Shown: piece by piece, positions 50,572-60,435 of the stretch
Position numbering within the stretch: the first letter of the stretch is position 1
Layout of the letters: every line of letters starts with the position of its first letter
Source of the DNA: Phaeosaccion multiseriatum
Lineage: Eukaryota; Protista; Ochrophyta, other classes
Direction: 5' to 3'
Assembly (NCBI GenBank): GCA_965112735.1
Contig: OZ218950.1
Span: 310,001-374,000 of the forward strand
DNA length: 64,000 nucleotides
Program-made: the position numbers and the translations under genes
The notes under the pieces: generated by a model
The model's input: the letters and a program-made list of their open reading frames with translations, nothing else
Told to the model about the DNA's origin: nothing
Database searches by the model: none

Positions 50572-53500
50572 ATGCGGAAGAGGTGTACTGTGGAGGGGTG
50601 CGACAAGCATCGGCAGCAAGGAGGACTTTGCGTTGGGCACGGGGCTGTGGTGAAGAGGTGTACTGTTGAGGGGTGCGAGAAGCAGTCGCTACAGGGAGGA
50701 CTTTGCGTGGCCCACGGGGCTGTGGTGAAGAGGTGTACTGTTGAGGGGTGCGAGAAGCAGTCGAAACAGGGAGGACTTTGCCTGGCCCACGGGGCTGTGG
50801 TGAAGAGGTGTACTGTTGAGGGGTGCGAGATGTATATTAGAGCTTATGGGCTCAGTATTGGAGCGCTCGAGGTAAGTTGTAACCATGTGTAGATGCGTGT
50901 ATGTGTGGTATTGATGGAGCGTGAGGTGGAGGGGAAGAGGATGGTAAGGGTGGTAGAGTAGAGGATAATGGGGAATGGGAAGGGAGTGAAGGGGGGAGGA
51001 GGAGATGAAGGGGTGTGGGAAGGAGTGAGGTGGTGGAGGTGATATGTGAACTAGCCTACTGTGGGTGGTGCGGGTGACAAGGCGTGACTAACTGTGGTTG
51101 CTATGCTGTGTGCTGATGGTCTCGCTGTCTGCTGGCTGGTGTACTCCTGCTCCTCAGGCGGCCGCTCCGTCGATGGCTCCCATGAGCCCCCAGTCGAGGG
51201 TTTCTGCTGCTTCGTGCTGCGTCATGGTGGCTCGAAGGAGGGTGCCATACCTGATCTCCCGCTGTGAGAGGGCGCGTTGAAGGGCGAGGGACAGTTGTTG
51301 GCGCAGGAGGCCCTTGATGGGGCCCGTGGCTGCCGCCGCTGCGGGGCCGAGCCCTCTTGATGCCTTGTGGATGGCCATCGCCTCGATGAGCTCGTCCGTT
51401 TGGTGGCCCAGTCTGCCGTACGTCTCGATTGCAATGCACTTCAGGGTTGAAGTCCCGGGCAGAAAACTGCCCAGGTAGTGGGTGCGCTTGCGTTCTTCGG
51501 CGGCGGCTGCTGCGTGGCCTGGCGTGGTGGAGGCCCGTCCCACGTGAGTGGGGGCGGTGGGGTTGGTGACGGTGATGTCGCAGAGGAGGTTTCTCCGCAG
51601 GGGTGCGTCCGCTCCCGGGAAGCTACCTGCGGGATAGGTCAGGTCCATGCGTAGGTCTCGGCCTGCTCGGGTGCCCGTGGGGCCGTCGAAGCAGGTCTGG
51701 TCCTCTACACGTGCTCCTCCAATGCCCACGCTGTGCATCATCCTCCCGAAGGCCTTGACGAGGAGGTGGTGTGTGTGGTTGTGGAGGCCGGTGCGGGGGC
51801 AGATGGTGGCGTGGGTAGTGCTTGCCGTGCGGGCGCAGCCTGTGCCAAGGCAGGGTGGGGGCGGGTCCGCGTATGGCGTGTTGACACCGAGGTTGCGACG
51901 AAGGGCCATGGTCCATTCTGCGGGGGCCATGGTGTTGTGGCCGTGGGGGAGCGCTCCGAGGAAGGCCATGGCGCCCCTTCCTCGCTGTGAGTGGAGTCGG
52001 GCTGTTGCCATTTCCTGTGTCTCCTCTCCCCTCTGTGCCTCTGCCGGTGTGACGTCGATGGTGGCGATGCTCTGCGTCAGCTCCTCATGGCGGCGTTTGT
52101 GGATGAAGGTGGTGAGGGCCTTCTGGACGCCGTGGGTCGGTTGACGGCCTGCCTGATGGCTCCTGCGCACGTTGCGTCGCGCTGTGTCCTGGGCTTGGTG
52201 GTCAGGCGGCTCGAGTACGCGTGAGCGGGCCTCGTCGAACTGTGCCTGACCCACTGCTTGGATGAGGGGGGCCTCAGGGACCCCCTCCTCGTGCAGGAGG
52301 TTGACGCTGTCGGCGACGCTCTTGAGGGCTCCGTTGGTGAACAGCTGGTCCGGTAGGGCGCTCTCTTGGGAGCCTTCCCGGCGTGCGGTGCGGCTGAGCA
52401 GGGGGGGAGGGTGAGCATCTTGTTGCCAAGGTATGCTGCTGGGGCGATGTCGTGGAGGCTGGTGAGGCCGAGGCCGCCGAAGCGCCGTGCCGTATGCATT
52501 TGTAGGCGCTGTGTCTCCGTCCATGGCTCCTCTTGTGCATCTGCGGCCTGCTCCAGAGGGGGGCATCGGGGAGTCGCATGATGTGGGCCATTGTCGCTCT
52601 GTTGGTGCGGTCTGCCCTGCTGCCGAGGGCGCGTCGGAAGATGGAGGGGTCAATGGCTCTCGCCAGGTGTGTGAGCCTGGCTGGGAGGCATTGGAGGAGG
52701 ACGAGGGTGGCCGCCTGGGTGTTGTCCCACTCGCTGCAGTGTTTGGCGAGTTGGAGGTAGCCCCTGGGGTCTTCTTGGCCGAGGATGTTGCGGAGGTACT
52801 CTTCGATGTACTCCTCCGTGCCGACGGGGATGCCGGCTACCACGGTACCCTCGGTGGCAAGTGTGGCGCCCTGCCGTTGGGCGTGGTCCCTGTCAGCCTG
52901 TGTTGGCTGCTTGCCTTTGCCCATGAGGTAAACCGTTTTCCTCTCGTTGAACTCGAGGCCCAAGCCTCGGAATTGGGCTTGGAGATGGGCATGGCGTGGG
53001 GCGTAGGTCTGTAGGGGTGCGTCGGGTTCCAGCTGGTCCATGAGGTCGTCTGCGTAGGCGGAGATGGTGGGGCGGTTCGCTGCGGTGTCGGCTGTGTTCT
53101 GAACTTTCAGCACTGGGTGGATGGCGGCTGCGAACATGAGAGGCCCTTCTGGTGCTCCTTGGTTGACTCCGGAGCTCTGGTGGATGGTCTGGGTGCCGTC
53201 TGGTGTGAGGGCGTTGTGGGCGGAGGCGTGGGAGAGGCTGGCGATGGCGTAGTTGATGCCTGCTGGGTCGATGGTAGGGAGTGCTCCTGAGGCTAGGACG
53301 CCTCTGGCACGCGACACGCGGGTGTAGGCCTTGGTGATGTCATGCAGCACGACGGTTTTGCCGGCATCGTGCGCTAGCTGGGCTGCTGCGGCGTGTGTTT
53401 CCCCTCCGCCTCTGACCGCTACCGCTAGCTGTCCTGCGCTTCTGAGCTCTGGGCCCACCCTGTCCGCGATGAGCTTCATGTGACAGCTCTCCACGAGGCT

Positions 53501-56500
53501 GCGGTAGAGGTTGGGGGATGTCACAGGACGCGCTTTCTCGCCGAGGGCTGCGGCGCTGGTGCTGAACCACCGTTTGGCGAGCTGTGGAGGCAGTGGAGTG
53601 TCCCCCGTTCGGAGCAGCTCGTAGGTGTCAGTCAGAGCCTCCACGATTGCGTACTCCTGGGGGCTGTCCGGGGGGTACTTGACGTGGCTCGCCCTGCGCC
53701 CGTCTGCTCCTTGGCCCTTCCAGAAGTTGACCCTCCGGTAGGTCAGCAGCATGGCTGTGCTGATCTCCTCTCTGGTGACGTCGTTGCCATTCTCGGGGTG
53801 CTCCTGCACCTGGGTTCTGGCGTACTCCCTGGCTGCTGCTGCTGCTGTGTTGATCTCTTCGAGGCTCTCGTCGACGTGCGCTTGCTGGAGGCGTCTAAAG
53901 GTCTCGTGTGTGGGAGGGAGGTGGCCGTCTCTGCTCTTTGTGCTGAGCCTCGCCGCGGCCTTGTGCAGGCCTCCGGGTTTGGTGAGCAGGTGGGCGCAGG
54001 TTTCTCTCCGTCGCTCCTCTGTCTGTGCCTGTGCTGGGGGTGGTGGGCGGCGTGCGTGTGCTGTGGCTATCGCTGCTTGTGCGAGTGGGGCGATGTCGAG
54101 GTCGAGGACCATCTGTATCCGCTGCTGGCGGCTGTAGGCTCCGTCTTTAGAGAAGAGCATGGCAGGGAGGAGGTGGTGGAAGACATCCCATGCCAGAAGG
54201 GTGTGGAGGGTGGCGTCGGTGGGGCCGTTCTTGTGGGCCCTCAGCGCCCTGTTCCAGTTGTTGAGCGCTCTTTGCTGTAAGCTGATAATCGAGCTGACGT
54301 GGCGGGGGTTGCACTGCGCTACTGTCTCAAACACGAGTGTTGAGAGGATGGTACCCTGCGGGTCCAGGGCCCCTAGGCGGAGGACGTTTGGGTGCTGCAT
54401 GGGCCATCCTTCCTCGGGTGTATCGTCGTTGGCTGGCCCTTCTCCGTCCCCTCCGTCCCCGCCGCTACCTCCTTGGCCTCTGCTCCGTCCTCCTCCCCCT
54501 CGTCTCGCTGCTGCTGCTGTGGTTCCTTGCGTGCGTGTGCTATCTCCCCCTGCCCTTTCTCTCTGAGGTCCCCTCTCTGCTGCTGCTCCTTGTCCGTTTC
54601 CTTCCCCCCTCCCTCGTCCTCCTCTTCCTCCTTCTACTCCACTTGGCGCTGCTGCGATTGCTCCTCCTCCTCCTCCTCCTCCTCCTCCTTCCGCGTGCCC
54701 TCGCCCTCCTCCTCTGCCCGTGGGGGTGGTGGGTTGGTACGGGTTGAGCCTGGCCGTTGCTGTCGTGTGCTGGGGCGTTGCCGTACGCGACGGGTCCTCG
54801 TTTGGGTCTGGGCCTAGATAGGCGTTCTCGAGGTCGTTGAGGGGGCCTTGGTAGGCCGATGCTGCGTTGCCTTGGGTGAGGATGGTCCTGAGGGCGGGGA
54901 TGGCTCGTTGAGCTTGGTAGCCAGCCATGCAGCCTTGCGCGGGGCAGGGGAGGTTGCCTGGTGGTATGACGGGCTGCTGGTTGGCTCTCCTCAGTGTGGC
55001 TTGGTCGTTCAGGTGGTGAAGGAGGCACGCGGGGTGAACGGTGTGTTGGCAGCGTCGGGTGCGTACTGGCCACTCCGTGGTTGGTGCGATGAAAGGGGGG
55101 TCCGCGTCTGACATGCATATGCAGCATATCGGGGCTGGGGGGGCGGTAGGTTGGGGTGGGGGTGTGTGTCGGGTGGTGGGGGGTGGCTGGGACTGGCGGC
55201 GTCGCCCTTGGCTGGCCTGCGCGTGCTGCTGATGCGACTCTCTGCGCTCCCTCGCTAGGCGATCCCTTGCGCGGCCCATAGCTCTCCCTCCTTGTGCTGT
55301 GATGGCCTGCTCGATCGTGTGCCGGTAGCAGGGGTTGCGGCAGTAGGGGCAGAGGTGGTCGTTGCGGTTGGGGTACCTGCTCATGACTCCCAATGCGCAG
55401 TGGTTGTGCACGTGATGTTCGCCTTCGTGCATGGCGACTTGTGCTTGGCCAGTGAGCGGTTCCATACACACCGGGCAGTTGGGTAGCTCCTCGTTGTTGG
55501 TGGGGTCGCCTCCTCCTTCTCCTTCGTCACCTCCTCCCGCTGCTTGCCCTTCCCCTCCTTCTGCCGCTGCTTCCCGTGCCAGTGCTGGGCGCTCTCCTCC
55601 GCCTCTGCTGTTTTCGCCCTCTTCCCCCCTGCTACTACTCTTCCTTCGCGGTCTCCTCGTCCCCCTCCCCTGTGTCCCGCTCGCTCTCCTCTCCCTCCTC
55701 CCTCCTGGTCGTGCTCTCGTGTAGTGTCTGTCCCACCTGCTCTTGTCGGTGGGGGCATGCTTCGAGCTCGTTGGATGGTTGGCGGTGCTGGTAGGCTTGC
55801 GGCTTCGTGTGCTCGTATGCAGGCGTTGCATAGGGGTTGTCGTAGGCCTGATTGCGGGAAGCGGGTAAGGAAGGATCTGCCGGAGTTTCGGTGGGCCAGG
55901 TTGCCGCATCCACTTGTGCAGTCCCGGAGCTGGTACGTATTATTCTGTGGTCCGCTCTGTGGGCCGTTGGCGCGGTACCACAGGATTGACGCGGCCTGGG
56001 GGTGGTGTTCGCGCATCCATCGGTCCCACTCTCTGCCGCGGTTCGGGTGGTGGCTCGACTGGTGCCTGATGAGGCGGTCTCTTGTGTTGCCTACCGTGAC
56101 GAAGGTGTCGTGGCATTCGCCAAAGTTGCAGAGGATGCCCCCTTGAATGTTTCCATTGTCGGGGTGTCTTCGGTACACTCGGGCGTTGTTGGGGTTGTCC
56201 TCCGGTGTTGGTGGGCTGGGTGTGGTTGCGTCGCTTTGGGCGGGGGGTGGTGGCGGTCCTGGTGCGGTTCCCCGGGGGGCCTGTCTCGTGCGTAGGGCGA
56301 GGGCTTGCCCCGGCGCCCACCACGGTGTGGCCATGGTGTTGGCGAAGGGGGAGGTGGTGGTGTTGTTGGTGTGGTCGCGTAGGGCGTGGCCGTAGCGCTC
56401 AACGATGGCTTGGACGTCGGGTAATACCGCGATGAGTTCCTCCTGTCGTGAGGCGGTGATGTAGTCGTTGACCAACTCGTTGGAGGTGATCTCTTGGCCT

Positions 56501-59500
56501 GCGAGCGTGTGGGCATAGGCCTCCACGATCTGTTGCCATCCAAGGGGGTAATCTCCTCCCCCATGTGGTCTTCCGGGGGTGGTGGGGGGGCCTCCGCTCC
56601 TTAGAGCTTGTCTGAGGAGGGGCATATAGAAGTGCGAGTTGGTAGGCGGGAGCGCCGCGTCGCGCTGGTGGCGTATGGTGTTGCTCCATGTCGTTGGTGC
56701 GTGTCCATGCGTGTCTGTTTCGAGTGATGCTGTCTCTTCCTCGTGCGTCGTGGGGGGTGGTCGTACGAGGTCGGCGATGGCCTCGGCCGTGTTGTGGTGG
56801 GTCAGTTCCGTCGCGGTGAGGTTTAGGCTTGCGAACTCAGCGCTGATGCGTCGGCTGGCGGATGCTGGCGCTTGTTCGTTGAAGAAGAGGTTCGGGTGTT
56901 GCCGTATGGGGGTCGTGGCTGTGAGGTGGGTGTCTTCGTATTCGTCTTGGAGGATGGAGACGATTTGCTCTGTGATCCCGTGTGCGTTTCTGTGAGTTGA
57001 CGCGTTGGTGGTTTGGGCTGGATCTGAGGCTCGGAAAGTGGCGGTTGGCCTTTCCGGGCTGCGTGCTCGGGGGGTCCTGCTTCGTCCCCTTGGCCTCGTG
57101 GTTGGCTGCATGGGTGCTGGGCTGGTCGCTGTGGGGGGTGGTGCTGTTGTAGGGCCTGTTGTCTCGCTGGCGGGCGTGGTAGATCTCCTGGCGGCTGGTG
57201 CTGTTTGTTGCCGTGTCGTTGAGATCGGTTGTGGTTGCTGCTGCTGGGGGTGGGCTTCCGCTGCTGTTGCTGGTGGGAGCTGTGGGTCCTGCGGGAGGGT
57301 GTTGCGGGGTGCTGCGGCCGCTGGTGGAGCCGTGATGGGGGTGGGCACGCCTTCCCGTGCTGGTGTTTGGCGAATTGCTGCTGCCGCTGCCCGTCTCTCC
57401 CTTCTTTCGAGCCGCTGCTGATCGCGGCTCATAGGTGGCTCCTGCTGGGTTGCTGTGAGGTTTGCTGGTGTCTCCTGGGCTCCGGGGGGCCGCGTGGCCC
57501 CCCTGTCGTCCCCTTCCATGGTGGCCCTGTCTTAAGCAGAAAAAAAAGAAGGGTGTGCGAGAAGCAGTCGAAACAGGGAGGACTTTGCCTGGCCCACGGG
57601 GCTGTCATGAAGGGGTGTACTGTTGAGGGGTGCGACAAGCATCGGATCCAAGGAGGTCTTTGCCTGGCCCATGGAGCTGTGGTGAAGAGGTGTACTGTTG
57701 AGGGCTGCGACAAGCAACGGATCCAAGGAGGACTTTGCGTGGCCCACGGAGCTGTGAGGGTACGGAAGAGGTGTAGTGTGGAGGGGTGCGAGATGTATAT
57801 TAGAGCTTATGGGCTCAGTATTGGAGCGCTCGAGGTAAGTTGTAACCATGTGTTGATGCGTGTATGTGTGGTATTGATGGAGCGTGATGTGGAGGGGAAG
57901 AGGATGGTAAGGGTGGTAGAGTAGAGGATAATGGGGAATGGGAAGGGAGTGAGGGGGGAGGAGGAGATGAAGGGGTGTGGGAAGGAGTGAGGTGGTGGAG
58001 GTGATATGTGAACTATCCTACTGTGGGTGGTGCGGGTGACAAGGCGTGACTAACTGTGGTTGCTATGCTGTGTGCTGATGGTCTCGCTGTCTGCTGGCTG
58101 GTGTACTCCTGCTCCTCAGGCGGCCGCTCCGTCGATGGCTCCCATGAGCCCCCAGTCGAGGGTTTCTGCTGCTTCGTGCTGCGTCATGGTGGCTCGAAGG
58201 AGGGTGCCATACCTGATCTCCCGCTGTGAGAGGGCGCGTTGAAGGGCGAGGGACAGTTGTTGGCGCAGGAGGCCCTTGATGGGGCCCGTGGCTGCCGCCG
58301 CTGCGGGGCCGAGCCCTCTTGATGCCTTGTGGATGGCCATCGCCTCGATGAGCTCGTCCGTTTGGTGGCCCAGTCTGCCGTACGTCTCGATCGCAATGCA
58401 CTTGAGGGTTGAAGTCCCGGGCAGAAAACTGCCCAGGTAGTGCGTGCGCTTGCGCTCTTCGGCGGCGGCTGCTGCGTGGCCTGGCGTGGTGGAGGCCCGT
58501 CCCACGTGGGTGGGGGCGGTGGGGTTGGTGACGGTGATGTCGCAGAGGAGGTTTCTCCGCAGGGGTGCGTCCGCTCCCGGGAAGCTACCTGCGGGATAGG
58601 TCAGATCCATGCGTAGGTCTCGGCCTGCTCGGGTGCCCGTGGGGCCGTCGAAGCAGGTCTGGTCCTCTACGCGTGCTCCTCCAATGCCCACGCTGTGCAT
58701 CATCCTCCCGAAGGCCTTGACGAGGAGGTGGTGTGTGTGGTTGTGGAGGCCGGTGCGGGGGCAGATGGTGGCGTGGGTGGTGCTTGCCGTGCGGGCGCAG
58801 CCTGTGCCGAGGCAGGGTGGGGGCGGGTCCGCGTATGGCGTGTTGACACCGAGGTTGCGACGAAGGGCCATGGTCCATTCTGCGGGGGCCATGGTGTTGT
58901 GGCCGTGGGGGAGCGCTCCGAGGAAGGCCATGGCGCCCCTTCCTCGCTGTGAGTGGAGTCGGGCTGTTGCCATTTCCTGTGTCTCCTCTCCCCTCTGTGC
59001 CTCTGCCGGTGTGACGTCGATGGTGGCGATGCTCTGCGTCAGCTCCTCATGGCGGCGTTTGTGGATGAAGGTGGTGAGGGCCTTCTGGACGCCGTGGGTC
59101 GGTTGACGGCCTGCCTGATGGCTCCTGCGCACGTTGCGTCGCGCTGTGTCTTGGGCTTGGTGGTCAGGCGGCTCGAGTACGCGTGAGCGGGCCTCGTCGA
59201 ACTGTGCCTGACCCACTGCTTGGATGAGGGGGGCCTCAGGGACCCCCTCCTCGTGCAGGAGATTGACGCTGTCGGCGACGCTCTTGAGGGCTCCGTTGGT
59301 GAACAGCTGGTCCGGTAGGGCGCTCTCTTGGGAGCCTTCCCGGCGTGCGGTGCGGCTGAGCAGGGGGGGGAGGGTGAGCATCTTGTTGCCAAGGTATGCT
59401 GCTGGGGCGATGTCATAGGGGTGCGAGAAGCATTCGCAACAGGGAGGACTTTGCGTGGCTCACGGAGTTGTGAGAATACGGAAGAGGTGTACTGTTGAGG

Positions 59501-60234
59501 GGTGCGAGAAGTATCCGCAACAAGGAGGACTTTGCAAGGGCCACGGGGCTGTGGTGAAGAGGTGTACTGTTGAGGGGTGTGATAAGTATCCGAAGCAAGA
59601 TGGGATGTGCCAGAGGCATGCACGAGTGAAGAGGGAGGGAGCGGAGCAGAAGGAGGAGTTTGCCCGGTGTACGCCTGTGCCCAAGCGAGGAGCTGCGGAG
59701 GACATCAATGGGAGAGGAAGCAAGAGGGCGAAATGCGCCCCTTCAATGCCTGGGGGAGAGGAGGAGAGGAAGGAGGCACTGGAGGATGGGAATGGGGTGG
59801 GTTTGCTTGTGGGGCTGGGGCTTCATGTCGGGGACGAGATTCAGCTGCCCTGTGGCCTGTGGAGAGGGCTGGAAGATGGCTGGGCTGATGCTGCCACGGC
59901 CTTCTGCGGCCGTCGGGACAGGGAGCTATCGAATGGCGTGGTGGTGGCTGTGGGCCGGAGTAAAGTGTTGCTGCTGCCCCACCTCGCTGTGCGCACAAAG
60001 AGGAAGGGGGCGAGCCTGGAGAGCACGATCCGAGGCTTTGTGTCTGCCTACCACCGCTATCGCTCAGGAGGAGCAGGGGAGGATGATGATGGCGACAAGC
60101 TGAAGGAGGAGTGGGCGGTGCTGGAGGAGAGCATGGTGACGGCGAATGAGAAGAAGAGGCGCGGGCGGAAGGCGCTGCGAGCGTGCGTGCGTGTGGAGGG
60201 CCCTGCTGCTGATACCTCGGGGCTTGGGATTTAG
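50572..60234 (+). CDS. WRKY19-like zinc-finger array gene B (9 fingers + C-terminal domain), interrupted twice (fingers 4 and 7)
   Basis: Segments 50572-50830, 57563-57793 and 59429-60234 rejoin in frame. The C-terminal domain is nearly identical to gene A. Confidence 0.85.
50831..57554 (-). mobile_element. Apparently full-length (6.7 kb) CRE-like site-specific non-LTR retrotransposon, copy 2
   Basis: TSD GTGCGAGA at 50823-50830 and 57555-57562. 35-nt 5' UTR with GCCACCATGG, ~320-nt 3' UTR ending ...CTAATATACA with no poly(A). Confidence 0.93.
51154..57519 (-). CDS. Retrotransposon polyprotein (~2,122 aa if three 1-bp homopolymer frameshifts are corrected): C2H2, C4, 2x RING, RT, CCHC, restriction-like endonuclease
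   Basis: RT: KGQGADG, KARPVT, QLAVAVRGG, HDITKAY, GVNQGAPEGPLMF, AYADD (~53045-53059), GLEFNERKT, AGIPVG, GGLGL. CCHC: CLGTGC..H..C. RLE: RMDL..CDITVTNP..AAEERKRTHY..IAIETYG, a CRE-type signature. Frameshifts at ~55624-55629, 52558-52563 and 52401-52407. Confidence 0.92.
57794..59414 (-). mobile_element. 5'-truncated copy 3 (~1.6 kb) of the same retrotransposon
   Basis: ORF 58116-59381 matches the C-terminus of copy 2. 12-bp TSD AGGGGTGCGAGA at 57782-57793 and 59417-59428, with 2 non-matching nt (AT) at the 5' junction. Confidence 0.93.
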
Positions 60235-60435
60235 TGACCCGATGGCCTTCCGTCCGCCGCATCGCCTTCGCCGTGGTGAAGCTTGAAGCGTGGTTCGTGG
60301 AACGGGTGAAAAAAAAGTAGAGTGAGTAAGGCCTCTGCCGAAGAGCAACCATCGGCTATCGCAGTGCATCGCCTTTCAGGGCAGGGCAGCAGCCCAAGCA
60401 CCGAGAGAGAGAGAGAGACACATCGATGTCGACAT

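Larger units (their letters stand above)
49049..60250 (+). repeat. Segmental duplication unit 2, expanded by two retrotransposon insertions
   Basis: Colinear near-identity with 44766-48290. Confidence 0.88.

Noticed and set aside
52401-55629. Programmed ribosomal frameshifting or a multi-ORF element
   Set aside because: No canonical slippery heptamer. All shifts are one-base-short homopolymers, and copy 3 shows the open allele at one site.
46705-57554. LTR retrotransposon with the repeated 3' segments as LTRs
   Set aside because: The repeats are separate 5'-truncated copies, each with its own TSD. No gag, protease or integrase motifs.
46287-59600. Diversity-generating retroelement (RT next to variable repeats)
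   Set aside because: The RT is non-LTR type with CCHC, RLE, TSDs and 5' truncations. There is no TR/VR pair and the variation is not adenine-specific.
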